From Botryllus schlosseri (Eukaryota): a DNA stretch of 64,000 nt. The stretch lies in the NCBI GenBank assembly GCA_051294905.1, contig CM119372.1:15254001-15318000 (forward strand). Direction: 5' to 3'. The notes beneath the pieces were generated by a model. That model was not told the origin of the DNA and did not search any database. It saw only the letters and a list, made by a program, of their open reading frames with translations. This document shows, one piece after another, positions 23,834 to 38,200 of this stretch. The position numbers and the translations under genes are program-made. Numbering within the stretch: the stretch's first letter is position 1; every line of letters starts with the position of its first letter.

Positions 23834-25653
23834 CAACAACAGCGATAACATTTACTGCAAACTCATTGCACAGGAAGACAAACAGCGCAAAACAAAATCT
23901 CTGAGCTATCGTCACGACAAGTACGCCGGAGAAGTCAACATGGAAACAGCTAACCTGTACACTGCAGAAAACACTGTTGCTAAACCCACAACAATAGCAA
24001 AAGCAACACGAGTCCGATACAAAAATGCAACGCTCAAAATGAGAGAAACGATATGGGAGTCGATGCCTCTTCATGGACAGCACAAGAAGTTAACTTCACA
24101 GCCCCATGTAGACGAGCTTTCATGGACCTGGCTATCCAGCTCTGGCCTGAAACCGGCAAGCGAAGGATTCATTTTCGCAGCACAAGACCAATCGCTTCCT
24201 ACAAAATCCTATCGCAAAAGAATTCTGAAGCAAAACACGACGACAAATGCAGAATGTGCCACAACCAAAATGAAACTGTAGCACATCTCATGTCCGGCTG
24301 TGGTGCACTTGCAGCTACGGAATACCCACGGAGACACAATAGGATTGGTCTCCACATTCATCTTGAATTATGCAACAATTTTAACATCACCACTTCGACA
24401 AAAAATTGGTACGATTACAGCCCAGCACCAGTGACAGAAAACGAACAAGTAAAAATTCTGTGGGATGTACCAGTTATAACTGACCACGAAATCAGAAGTA
24501 ACCGCCCGGATATAATCGTCAAACTAAAAAAGAAAAGAGAATGCTTATTCATTGAACTGGCTGTCCCAGCTGATCACAACCTACTGCAAAAAGAATCAGA
24601 AAAACACTCCAAATACGCAGACCTCAAAATGGAATGTGAGAAAATGTGGCGGTGCAAAATAAACATTGTACCTATAGTCATTGGCGCTACAGGGGTCGTG
24701 AGCAAAAAACTCATGAGACATATCCAACAAATTCCGGGTAACGTTCGATTCGACATGATCCAAAAGATCACATTATTGGGCACTGTGCACATTCTTCGGA
24801 AGGCCTTGAATGCACCACTGGACTAAAATTACACTTGTGAATCAAAGCATTATTTCTGTAATTTCGATTCTTCATCTTCAATCATCTCTACCTCTGCTCT
24901 GTAACCCTTGCCAATTCTTCATCTGCTGCAATTCTGTAATCTGACTTCTCCATGTATTGCATAGGAATATCAATTTGAATGTATTACTGAAATTTTAAAA
25001 ATTTACTCCAATCTCGCCATTTTCCTTTGGGGGCAGGTTGCTCCCCGGATTATGTGTGTATTTACCAGTTTTACTGTGAATAAAGAATATAATAATAATA
25101 CGGTGTAAAAGGATCGAGGAGAGTAGGTTTATGATAATCTTGAGTCATGACACCTCCAATCCATCGTCGGTAGTGAGGTCACGATTTTCGACATCAGCTG
25201 TCGACTATATCACGTCACATAATTGCCAATGCTGAAGGTTGCGAAAACGGCAGGCAATCATCAACAGTCTATCGCATATATTAGAGCTCGCTACCTTGTG
25301 ATACGTTGCTACAACTTCAGTCTCGCGAGTATATGAGAACAGCAAATAGACTCACGATTCTGTGTGTTCTACTCAATCTAACTTGAGAATTCATAACAGT
25401 TTAATAACGGTAAAGCAGCTTTTAGACTACAACCAAAATTTGAGTTTTGTGGCGTCTCTCGACCCGAGCCTCATTCATGAAAGGAATTCATTTTTAATAT
25501 TACAGTTGTATGCTACGATTTTGCGGGCATTTTCATCGAAACTTTTTTTTCGACAGGGCACGCGGTCTCCAAATCGCTACAACACTCGAAAATCTATTGA
25601 TCATCCCCGAAATGTTATCTCATGTTGCAGAGTCCGTTCTAGCGTGTGTTACA

Positions 25654-25900
25654 TCGACATCGAGGCCGTGACCACCAGATTGAGATCGCGTCCTATTGGG
25701 CCGATGGCGAATTGGATTTGGTTGTTAGCATCGGCGTCAGCCATTGCCTTTGCGATGGCAAGAGTTTTGGCGTCAGCCATTGCCTTTGCGATGGCAAGAG
25801 TGTTGTCTGCTACATCAACACGACATCGAGGCCGTGACCACCGCTATTGGGCCGATGGCGAATTGGATTTGGTTGTTTTGTTAGCATTGGCGTCAGCCCA
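25654..25900. repeat. Local direct repeats: a 39-bp tandem unit and a duplicated CGACATCGAGGCCGTGACCACC...CTATTGGGCCGATGGCGAATTGG block
   Basis: GGCGTCAGCCATTGCCTTTGCGATGGCAAGAGT occurs twice; the block at ~25654 recurs at ~25821. Confidence 0.65.
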
Positions 25901-28251
25901 AAGTCACTCAACTGTGACAAGTCGTCCGACTAATAAGCGCAATGTTATGAGAGTACTGGAGAGCAAAATGTTGCACCAAAGTCCGTCGGCGCTAACCTGC
26001 GGTAATGGAAATCCGTGCTTGCCGACCTTATATTTCGACTTTTAACGGTTATTTCTCGAGAATTATTTAGCTGTGTGTGATTTCAAGGATTGCAGTATGT
26101 ATTTCAACGACATTAAAACGAAATATTTATAAATGGTTGACCTTCAAACGAAATATACCTTATATATGCTGCAATATCAATCTTGGCGTAGACCGAAAAT
26201 ATTACTAGTCGGGATGCAGGATTATTGCTGGTCATGACCGTCCAGTTTTACAGTCCACCATAGCCGCACGAATTCGATGACCTGGTATCATTGCCCAATG
26301 GAACTGGAGTACCCACTGACTGGACAATCAGCCTGCAAGCAGACTACCACCCTTCGCACCGGGATTTCTGACTAGCCGCCGCGTCTAAACACATGTCTGC
26401 AGCAACTTTTATGCAATAGATGAGAACTTAACATGTAGAAACCTAATCTTCAAAGTCCTCAGATGTAAAAATAAGTATTTTATTATTTTTCGTCATATAC
26501 CTGACCTTGCAGCACATTTCCAAGCATACTGCTTTCTCCCTCGTACGATTCTTCGTTTCTCTTTAACAATTCTAAATCTGACAACAAACTTACGGGTGCT
26601 TTCTGTGATAATCCATGTATTTGGATGACACGAAATATAGGTAGTCCAAGCCATTTTATTGAAATTTCCATCAGATCAAAACACCACAAGATCGCAATAT
26701 AAGGAAAACAATTGAACAGTGTCTAAATGATTTGGATCGGTCATTTTAATCAGTCCCCACCTTGACCAAGAGCATGTAAATAAGAGGCATATACACTCCA
26801 GGAAAAGATAACATAAAAAGGACTAGCAATAAAAATGTCGACATATCATACTGCAGTCCTGCAGGCTGAATTGTATTCATTCAGTAGAAACAGCTTGCAT
26901 GTAGACCTAGACATGCTTGACGACTGCTGGTAATGTCCATTCTCGGTAACGTCAATTCTCGGTTATGGCATTCTCGGTAATGTCCATTCTTAGTAATGGT
27001 TTTCTCGGTGTTGGTATAGGACCGGTTCATAGTGGGCTGGCTACACGAACATCGACCAGTGCACCACGAAAAAAATGAACGATTGGTGAATTGTTCAACC
27101 CCGCAGGGCCAGATAGTATAAGACACTTCTGAGAGCGATTCCATGCATGAAGCGATGAATACCGTTGATGTTGCATGATAATTCCCCGCATGCAGACCTG
27201 AATAAAAATATAACATACTAAATGAATAAATACACTAAAATTCATCTCGTACCAAACTAAATAAATTTGCGAGTGCACCCTTTGTGGACTGCACAAACAT
27301 GAGAAAATCAAGGATGCGTTTTGCAGACAACAGCATGGGCGCAAATACCATTTATGTTAAAGGATGACGTGATTTTGCGCGTCTGGTCGAGAGACGAGTC
27401 GTAACTCGGCGCAGTGTTGTATACTGTAGGCTATGGGGTTGAATTCATAATTATATATATCATTGCTGCGTCCATGCAACCAATGAATAGCTATTGAATA
27501 AATTGGAACCCATCCTTATATACATGCAATTAAAAGATTCAATATCGATGGCTACATAAAGGTGACAGGTACTAACTCTGGCCAAGGCTAGCCTCGTTAT
27601 TAATAAAGCTGTTGCAGACAGCAAGGCAAATAAAAATGAGAGGATTCGTTATTTGGAAGACATCATACGAACAGAGTTCAATCGAAAATATTGCTTGCCT
27701 GTCTTCAGCATCTGGTTCGCCGGACAATATTCTCGATCGAATAGACGACATGGCGTTTAATAGACAGTTTGGCGAAGCACTTCACTATGGTAAGCACGCG
27801 ATACAAATATTACAAAATAAACCGCTAGGTGGGATACATCAGTATCATTATGACGTCATAGAGACATACAGTTCTCGCCAGCTACTTCTAATGTAAACAA
27901 TTTGGTAAGCTTTGATGAGCTTTTCTTGTAAATAGGCCCACATTTATGATGTTTTTCGACTGCAATGATCATTTGCACCAAACCGATATCCTACATTATC
28001 AATCCATATCTGCCGACTTGTAGCACGTCCCACATCTAGAGTCAGTGACTCACCAGTCGTGAACCTCACCGCATGTCAGTGGTACAGGCACAACTAAAAC
28101 GCCATAAAGGACGCGAAACCTAGAGCTGGTCTTCTGAGAGCCGTTAGAGCTGGTCTTCTGAGAGTCAAGTTGGAAAAATGACCAACAGTTTATCTTGAGA
28201 AAATTTTCAAATGAACCGTTTTTTAGTACGATATTACAATAGGGTTACCAT

Positions 28252-28412
28252 CAGGGCTGTGGAGTCGGTCAATTTTACCACCGACTCCAACTCCGACTAC
28301 GACCTCACAGATTTTCAATGGACCGACTCCGACTCCTAAGTCTGTAAGCGTATCGACTCCGACTCCGGCTCCGACTCCGACGTCTTTAAACCTATATACC
28401 GACTCCGACTCC
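28252..28412. mobile_element. End of a hAT-type MITE with (CCGACT)n subterminal repeats
   Basis: CAGGGCTGTGGAGTCGG followed by many CCGACTCC motifs; partner end not found. Confidence 0.55.
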
Positions 28413-30761
28413 AACAGTATTGCCAATTTACTTCGAAAATTATATGCCGCAGTGACGGTTAAATGACTATCATATAACCATTAAACATATGCAAACATTC
28501 GAATAACGATGGCATGCAAAATTGTTTCATTGTGGCACAGCTCGAATTATTCACTATGTATGAAAGATTGCCTTTCTAAATATCCTTCCTTTTTTCATGT
28601 TTTATCAGGTTTTATAACATGGACTCTCTAATAACCTAATATGTATGAATCATTCAAACACGACATATATCCCATCCTGTATAATTGAAATGTAGATAAA
28701 ACAATCGAAGTGTTGATACATCTTACTAATTTTGTCATTACACACAGTACTGATTACAAGCACACACATTCTGATTACTAATAGACAATGGTCATTCACG
28801 AAATTTAGGAAGTAGTCAAATATAGCATATGTCTAGTCTACATGCACTTCGTCAAGTATCCAAGGACTAGGACCTGCAGTCTTTCTTAATCATTTGTTCG
28901 ACCCAAGCAACTAAGCTACACTAAAATATTTTTAATTATTTACATCAATTTTACAACCAGACGATATATTTGCTCTGTCACAATATCATGGTATAATTCC
29001 AAAAATTGCATCAAATTGTGACTACATCGTGAAGATGCATATTGCTTCTTTCTTCCTGTATGCAACTGAATTGTAATTTGCAAATATTGTCCAATTCTAT
29101 CAATGTCAGGGGTGGCCAACCTTTTCGGCCAAAGAGCCACATAAGATTTACGAACCATTGCGCGGGCAACTTGAATGTTGATTACCTTTTTTAGTCGTCC
29201 GATAGGAACGATCCTAATGAGATAACATTAAAAACAAGACTTATATGACTACGCTTTAAAATTGATAACAATTATGTCATGAAATCTCCGTGTGCAACCG
29301 TACAGTGTGCACTGTGCACTCATCCCCGGATTGTCCTTGATCTGGGGATTATCAACGAAAAACTCAAATAGGTCCCCTTCTACTAGTTGGAATTGAGTCA
29401 AATTTGTTTTTCAGCGTATTTGAAGACAACTCAACAATTTCATGGGGTTGACAGAAAAATTTGAATTTTTTTTTCCTAATAAATTAAAAATTTCAATTCA
29501 AGATTGCACGACCTGATCATTTAGTCGAGTGAGATTTGGAATTTTTTTAAACAACCCTACTGTGCAGTGCTGAACTGAACTTTGCTCGTCAAAAGCCACA
29601 GCGTTAGTCGACGGATTAGGAAATCAACGTTACATGGTCGTATCTTTCTTTATTCCATCAAGTCGATTCGCCTAGTGATTAGCCTACTGATTAGCGTGAT
29701 CAGTAACGAATTACTTCTACTTTTTCGTAGTAGTTTTGCTCTACTTGTAGCTTTTACCCAAGTAAATCCTTCATAGAGCTATTTATGCATGACTCTTTTG
29801 TACTCCTTGCAGGGATGAATTGGTAAGTTCAGGGAATCCTGCATCACAGGAGTTGGTGATCAATTACAAAAATTAAAGCACTGAAGAACATTGCTATATA
29901 GAAATAGAATCATGAGATTCACGAACGAGCGGGAATAGGTAAGCCGAACCAAGAAGTAAAACATTTTTGTTTCTATTGGCTTATACGTACCAAAATCGGA
30001 ATAATTACATTTAAATATCAATGGATATTAGCGGTCTAGACGCGCCAAGAGCGAATTATTTATGCTCTTTAATAAATTGTCAATAATATACGTTTTCGCT
30101 TAGATTACTATTATTTTTTAGTCATGTCTCAGTCCACGTGATCAGATACACCAGTGGTGTTGAAGTGGGTGGTGTATTGGAAAATTTAGGGCACTTCTCC
30201 TGTACTACATTTACAATTTTCACACAAAAGATCGTGCTAATCGCGAGGATTTTTTGTTGCAAGAAATTCAGCACGTACAAACCAAAAAATCTCTCTGGTG
30301 GGTCGCGACCGAAATTTATACCCTTCGCCACCGTTTGGGCCGCGAACCCCTGCCCTATAACTTTCACAAGCCTTGAACTTGATTGGTGTGTAAGTAATGG
30401 ACTTTACGGAATGAGAAATTCAATGCTGTTGCTATAAAAACCAATACTTTTTAATAATGAAGAAGACACACTGACCGATTAGGCTATTTTTTACAGGAGC
30501 GCTAGGCTTATATATATCATTAATGTTTGTATGCAACCAATGAATAACTATTGAATAAATACAAATACATCCTTACATAGGCTCCGACTTTTATTTTTTT
30601 TACGAGGTGGCGAAGTCTTGTGACGTCATAATTGTTCCATATCGATGACGTCATCGTCGCACTAAAACGCACTTTACTACATGCTGCTGGTGTACCTGCA
30701 GCGTTAAACCATTCGTGTGACGTTAGTAGTTATGTAGATCGCTGGTGACCTGCGTGGGGTT

Positions 30762-31020
30762 CTTATGGCCCGCTCGCACGCGGCTGGGAAACTCGTATTG
30801 GCACGCGGCTCCTTATGTCTTATGGGCCCGCTCGCACGCGGCTATTGCGTCTTATGGCCCCTCTCGCACGGTAACTCTTTTCAGTATAGCGATCGCTCGC
30901 ACGCGGCTGGGAAACTCGTGTTGGCATGCGGCTCTTATGTCTTATGGGTCCGCTCGCACGCGGCTATTGCATCTTGTGGTCGCGCGGTAACCCTTTTCAG
31001 TATAGCTCGCACGCGGCTTC
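30762..31020. repeat. Subterminal tandem repeats with a GCTCGCACGCGGCT core, mirrored at 57238-57496
   Basis: Core occurs about every 60 bp, with a higher-order ~120-bp unit. Confidence 0.8.
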
Positions 31021-31630
31021 GTTGTTGGCATGTCGTACTTCGTGTTGAATATGTATCAAGTAAATAGTCATGTGATTGGTCCTTAGGTAATGTGTATATT
31101 CCAAATTACGGCGAGTACGACAATGATATATCGTTATTCTTATGGACGCGGCGATGATTCGTACTTTCAGGTATCTCTCGCGTGGTGTTGAATATGCACG
31201 AGTCACCAACAATAACCGCGCGGACGGAAACGTGGTTTGTTGTGAGGATTAAGCAGTGCGACCTATATTTCGAATGACCTGTGCGCTGAATTATTCCTCG
31301 TCCAGTCGCTACTATCGATTATTACACTATTCCATTCAGTGCGAAATAGTTTGATCGTAATTATGATATATGATGTCGTAGTTTAGTCGTATCAAATGAC
31401 CGATCGTGTTCTCTCTTTCCTCGCTATTGATTGCTAGCTGAATAATACTTTCGGCTTATTCGCTGTATCGCACCTACAAAATAATCTGCTGTTCACAGTC
31501 GCGACTTCACCGCGATAGCGCAATTTTCACACCTCGATCAGTAGAACAACACTGCACTAACCCAGTTGTCGAAACACATAGGTCATACATATTACGTGAA
31601 ATATTGTATTGTGGTATACAAATATGCAAA

Positions 31631-32242
31631 CTATTCTTTCAATTCAACAAGTCTAGTTAACGAATCGATTTTCAAGCGGCCGACACAGTTTTTAACACGA
31701 GTGAGTTGATATTTCTTCCCGGGTACGAGCGAGGCTTTGTTCCATTGACCCAAAACCACCTCGCCAGTATCATCCTTCAATGTAAAACTGTATAATTTCA
31801 ACTCCTTTCCGGCACCAGAATTGACCGTCTTCTCCTCTCGAGAAACACAAGTAGCGGCGATCGAGACGTATTCATCTTTATTTCCGTATACCGATTCACA
31901 GGTCAATAATGGGTATTCTTCAGTCGTATGTCTCGATTTTCCATGCAGAGTTACTGACGAAGCCCGTCCCAGTAATACAGCAGGTTTTCCAGTAAACTTG
32001 TCAATTTGGACCCAACCGGATTTGACCATGAGTTTTTTTCGTTTGGAGAATGCTTTCTCAATGACCCCGAACAATTCACGATTGAAACACGTGAAAGATA
32101 TCTCTTCGTTATTGCCGTCGATGAATATACCTTTGAGATATTGGCTAACGCCACCTCTTTTGGGTGATGAGACGAATTTGACGCCGACGTGAAAATTTGA
32201 AGTTGCTCCGACTTGCATAGTGTTGACGCTGTTCGATGTCAT
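31631..32242 (-). CDS. Tandem OB-fold, RPA-like ssDNA-binding protein, left-arm copy
   Basis: Intact 203-aa ORF; FIDGNNEEISFTCF and FTLKDDTGEVVLGQW resemble the LxDxxG-(I/V)xxxx(F/W) strands of RPA70 OB domains. Confidence 0.65.
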   Translation of the reverse strand: MTSNSVNTMQVGATSNFHVGVKFVSSPKRGGVSQYLKGIFIDGNNEEISFTCFNRELFGVIEKAFSKRKKLMVKSGWVQIDKFTGKPAVLLGRASSVTLHGKSRHTTEEYPLLTCESVYGNKDEYVSIAATCVSREEKTVNSGAGKELKLYSFTLKDDTGEVVLGQWNKASLVPGKKYQLTRVKNCVGRLKIDSLTRLVELKE

Positions 32243-35200
32243 ATCGTTTGATAAAGTGTCAACTTGAAATGTAACTCACTACACAAATCGAGTTGAATCG
32301 TATTTGAATGTATTGATTCGACCCAACTCAAATCCTTTGACAAATCCTATTAACGCGATCTGTTGAATCGAACGTAACCTGAATATTACTGACGCCAACA
32401 TTCACCCGCGTCGGATCATTCACACATTCCACGCCGCTGTTTTAACACTTATAGAATCAATACCAACTATCTCTAACCCGATAATATTCAATCATTTTGG
32501 TAATTTGCCAACTTTAAATCCATTCGCGGGATGTACTAAAGGTAAATCCAAATAATCCAGATTGAAATATTTGGACTTTGACATTGCGTGAATTGAAATA
32601 GGTTTGACAAACATGACTACCAACTTTCACCCAGTCACATTTCAAGATTATACTTTGAAACAATCCTTGAAACTGACAACTCTATTCACGACTCCGTTTC
32701 CGTTTGTAAAATAGAGTTTCAGAAATACTATCACTATGACAACTCAACATTTTAACATCTCGCCATGCACAAACGAGTAAAATACAAAAACCTTGGTAAG
32801 TCAATCCGTTTGTAGTAACTCACCAAACCAAAACAAAAAGTGTCCGTATGAAAGTAGACAAGACTACGCGAGTAATCACTACAACCCACAAACATACCAA
32901 CTCAGTTGTATCCATGTCCCATATTTTTTTTTATTCAACTGCAAGATGAAGTAATTACTACTTGGCGCGCGGTTTGAGATTAACACATTACATTTGAGTA
33001 TACGAGATTTGAATGTCCGACCAACGTAGTTGAGAATTCTTACAATCGAACGCAGGTGTTATATTGAAAATTTTCACGAATTGACACATTGATTTTGACA
33101 TATGAGATTTTGTAATAGTCGATCATGACTTGATTATTAAATTATGACATTATTAGACCAGGTTGTGTTGAAGGTTATTACGATACCAACAAACTTTTCA
33201 GAAACATTGTTATTAACATATCGATTTGTAAAACTAGATTAACATGTCTGAAATGTTTTGATTGGGAAGATTAAGCCGTGTTCGTAAAAACCACGCAGCG
33301 TATTGTGGAAATCAGGAAATAATTTACAAATGTAATTGTCTCCAGTAACCAAGACTAAAGATGAAACAACAATTTTCTTTGTTGAACAATAACCGGTACA
33401 ATACTTTATCGTCGTAATCTGCGGTGGGAATTGAAACACTTTCGCACATTTCCCGGTGTCAAGATATCACACTAGGTGAATTGACATATCGCCGCTTGAT
33501 TAATGCTTAATCCGTTCGCGCCATTTCACACACTTTGATCATTACAAAAAACAAATTGGAATATGTTTGCTAGATGCATTCAATTCAGTTAGAAATGTCT
33601 GGTACACAACAATCGTAATATCAATGAAGTACTTGCTACACTGTAATTCACTTAACGTGTTTTGCATTGTTGTTCATTTGTAGTATTGATTGTTTTTGAA
33701 CCCCCAAATAATAATTCCCCGACATGAAACCAAACCGCTGAAAGTCGTTACCATCACAACGAAACAATTTGTACGATGTTTGCCAAATGTATCCTATAGT
33801 TAGGTGTACTAGAATTATTTGTCTAACACATACACCGACAATACAATCGAAAATTTTTCCGTTGTCATTCACTAGAGTAAATGTCATCACAATACTCTAT
33901 CACTAAAAGACGTTACTTGTATGTGATTGAATCCCTAACAATTATCTCACTAAACCGAACTCCAAAGAAATTTTACTCACTCGACGGATATGAAACAGCG
34001 TCGCTTAATAGGTCTATATCGTTTTTCTAAAGGTAAATCATATCCATCCAATAGAAAACAATTTTCGGTACTAGTGAAATAAGTACCCGGAGATTACTAC
34101 GGCAATAGTTGCTGCATCAGAAAGTGGGTGTGTTGTAGGATTGGAAGTGTTGCACATATACATTGAATTAAGGGTGGAAGAATCACTAGGTCTAGTAAGG
34201 AACAAGTGAAAAAAACCACCCTGCCATATGAATAGCACGGGATCAAATGGGAGAGAATCGTAGAGTTATGAGTTGTCGAGAAAAACGACGTTAGCCCCGC
34301 ACATGGCGGTAGGGATCTGATAGTCCACACATGTTGTGCTGTTTGCCTACGCATATCTACGCAGGCCGTCAAAGAAGGACATACAATGTACTGCGCTTGG
34401 TCCCGTCAGGGGCAGTACACAAATGTCACACGAATAAACACCACAAGCATTTCCGATGAGACACCTGAACAAAATAGACCAAAACGTCAATATTCGAGCC
34501 ACAAGCGGTGCTATTGTAGCGATCATGGTTCCAGCCGCGGTTCCATCGTCTGGACCGCTCAGTTCTGGTAGAATAAAATCATCCCAAATTAATACCCCGG
34601 TTCTGACCGAGCTACGTAGAATGTCAAGTCCAGTATTAAAAGCGCGGGTGCGCAATACGTTCGAAACTGAGCCCTATACGCAACCAATCCGTGTAATCAA
34701 TCGTCTCGTAACAACAACTCAACACCATGACGAAGTGCCTGACACAATACAAGTGGCCAGAAAAATCGAAACGAACAACTACGTCACAAGCAAGAAACAC
34801 TTCAGCACCAGGGCGGACTATCATACCCGAGATCAAGGTCGGAAGGTAAGTACCAAATTAACCAGATTCATTTCGTCAGGGGATGGCCAGAATGTTCCAA
34901 CAACATTGGGCCGAAACGACGTGACGGAGAGCTGGACGCCAACTGCGAACATAATATTTGCGACGATTAGACCAGGGACCAAATAATAATAATAATACTA
35001 TTCGCAACGATCACAGCACATAACATAGTGCTGAGAATATCGAGTTGGTCCAAGTACTGCAAAAACAGTACTAGAAAATATATTAGGGGTGTTACTCGTC
35101 GTAATAACCAGTAAACGTAAATAACAGCTATTGCTTTGCAGGACAAATTAAAATCGTCAATAATAAAGACGAAATAATTGAACTAATGAATTAATAATTG

Positions 35201-38200
35201 TATTTCTTGAAGGTGGGGGAGATTGTTGGTGTTAATTTTATGTCTGTCCACCGTCTGAGCGATATTATTTTCAACTATGGAAGCTTTGAAACCTCCATTT
35301 GCCACATCGCAACATATTAAGCATTCAGTACAAAGCTACGCAATATGCACGTTATTGGAATGGCATATCTATGAAGACGTGTGTGTTCACACCACAGTCT
35401 GACGATCACTTTTTGTCAAAGGTGAACGCACACAGTGGGAATGTGCACTTTTGAATCCAAATTGAAATTAGCTGACATTATAATGTAGAATTGCGTGATC
35501 TAACAAACCGCAAAGTTACGGAAAACAATAGCTTTGAATGCTCACGGAAAATATATCTGTTGCAGCGGACTTTGCTTGACGAATATGCTAATAAATAGAA
35601 AAATCTTGAAAGGCCCGCTGAACTAATAGTGACTAATAGTGACTAAGAAGTAACCCCACCAATGTCTACCATACTGGTCCCCCAAACATTCGGTAACTTA
35701 CTGCTTTATCAGTAACTCGTGAATTCTAACTATTGGCTAGCGAGTGAATAGTTGTGGCTAAAAAGTATTAACAGCAATTCTAAATTGTTATCATGGTCGG
35801 TGTTGTAAGCTGCATGAATGCAGGTGGTTATGCGTGCATACCGCATCACCATTTGCATTAGATCTTTCGGAACCAGTGGGTAGGTTTTTGTGTCGGGTGA
35901 GTTGATTTTCCAACACTTCTGTCAATTTGGTTTTTACAACTACTGCTGTCTAACGACACGAAGTGAATACCGCTTGTTTCGCGGCTTTGGTTTAGTATAA
36001 GTAAATTGCATTACACAATGCGCTACATCGTGCATTCGAGTACACAAAGAAGAGTGGTAATTCTGACATATGTCAGTAACAAAACAGTATGTACATAGCA
36101 CCAGTCACGACTGCGCGTAAGATCAATAATTGAATTAAAGTACCGATTTCCACAAAAATTACCGGAAATCTCTTGTGCGGTGCAGGCAGTTATGAATAGG
36201 TATTCTGTTGAAAGGCCATAAAGTAGTATAGCTCAAAATGGTAGAATGCGAACTATCAACAACTTACCCTTTGCAGTTTAGGCAAAAAAGTACATGGTTT
36301 TACAATAACAATAACTAGAATTAATATGCGTGGTGTCGACCATATTTTGAATTTGAACTGTGCAGATTCCACACACATTGTAAATGTATTATGTATACTA
36401 TAGCAACATTTGCGCCTGTCACGAGAAAAAAGGTACATTTTGGAATAGCTGAATAGAGGGGTAGTTGCGCTTGGCATGGATTGTCGGGGTTGTGTGACGG
36501 CGGATTAGTGCGGGCGTGCGGTTGCGTCGCGCATAGTGGGTTCTGTCGCGTTGAAGTTTTCCGGCCGTGGAAAGATTTAATGTTCACCAAAATCTATTGA
36601 AGTCTAAATATAGATTTATCTTCGAATATTGGAACGGATAAATAACAACACCATTAACCTACTGAATTAGTCTACCTTGGTAATTGATGTTGTATTATGG
36701 TGCTCGACAGAAGGGGCTTTGTACCTAAATGTTACGTGGCAAGGAAGGGTTCAGTCGCCTAGCATTCCGTGGGTGATTACCGCTGTCGAGCCCACCGGTT
36801 TGTTGCTCGCTGTCTTTCGATTGGCGATGGTGGCGTGGTTAGAGATACCCAAGTCCTAACCTCCTTACGACCCTTTGAGAAGTTACTGAACCTCGTGACA
36901 GATTCTGCGGACAACTTGCCCCAAACAGGAGTGTTTTCCGCTAAATTGTAGAACTTGGATTGACTAATAATGTGTGAAAGGACGATATTGTGAGTCAAAA
37001 TCATACACATATGATGATAACTACACTATATACACGAAAAACCACGTTTTGAACGAAGTAGGTTTTAGTAGTTTCGGGCGCTAGGGAGTTAACAGTGCTT
37101 GTTACAAGTATAACATCGGTTTTTTAACAAATGGAGAAGTTTTTTTTTTTTTTCGGCTCTGGTTAAGCCTGTGGAAAGTAAATTTAATTCGCGCGAACTG
37201 GCCGAAGATTGCGGCTTGCGTAACAAGCGCAAATGCGAATTGCAGAACAAGCAAAAAATGTGAATTGCGTAATGAGTAAAAATTAAAAATTACATAACTA
37301 GCAAAACTGAGGATTGCATAACAAGAGGAAAAATAATTGATGTAACTGAGGAAGTTGCGGATTGGGTAATAGAGCCAAGTGCTGTTTATGTAATGCGTCA
37401 ATATGCGAATTTGGAATCAAATTGCGAAATTTTTGCAAAATAATTTTGCAGAAGGCGGTGGGAATTGCAATGTTGTAATGGCATAATGACGCGCAGGAAA
37501 CTATTAACTATTAACTATAGCGAAATGGTGCGATCTTGCTTAATCACAGTATAATCACTCCATAGGACGCCTTATAGGGGCAAAAAATTTGCTTGATGAA
37601 TGTTCGGATGTGCGTCAGTCCCTACTTTCCGAAAATAATTTATCGCTCGTAAAGATGGGGGGGCGGATGCAGGCATGTCAACGATCTTCCGCTCATAACT
37701 GAATATAACTCGAAGCGTAAGAACAGAAAATTCAGTTCACCCTACATAGAGCTGAACAGCATGAAGAGTCTAGAAAGTTAGCAGGGTTTGAAAAGAAGTT
37801 GACTAAGATTAATGACAAGTTAGTCAAATCTTATAGACAACAGCATTGCGACATTTAAGGATGGTTTTTAATTTGGTTTAGCAAATTATTTGTCTCTTGG
37901 TAAGTCACCTAAGATATTACAACCCTCGTTAATACGTGATGTTATCAGTTGTATGATCCTATGCCACATAGCTATAGGCAGGGGCTGTATCCGACCCCTC
38001 ACGCAAAATCACCTGGCCCAATACTTTGATGATACAAGATTATGACCACCATTTTATCATTCAAACGGACGTCATAGAACAAAAGAGGTTGAAATAGGTG
38101 ATGGAGAATATCTGGGCGGAATATAATATATCAGTGCTGACTAATCGAGTGGAATGAAGGATAATTTTAATATAATTTTGTCCCTCTAACCGAATCGTCA

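Larger units (their letters stand above)
10628..25100 (+). mobile_element. R4/Dong-like copy C in two parts (10628-10984 and 23834-25100), split by nested LINEs
   Basis: End-of-RT motifs (YKYL, INSLAVP). The sequence ...GTACATCAACA at 10984 resumes as (AT)CAACAACAGCGATAAC at 23832-23849, exactly as it reads uninterrupted in copy B. TAA tail at ~25090-25100. Confidence 0.85.

Noticed and set aside
25362..26045. 227-aa protein-coding gene
   Set aside because: Non-ATG start; the ORF is largely made of local repeats and has no recognisable domain
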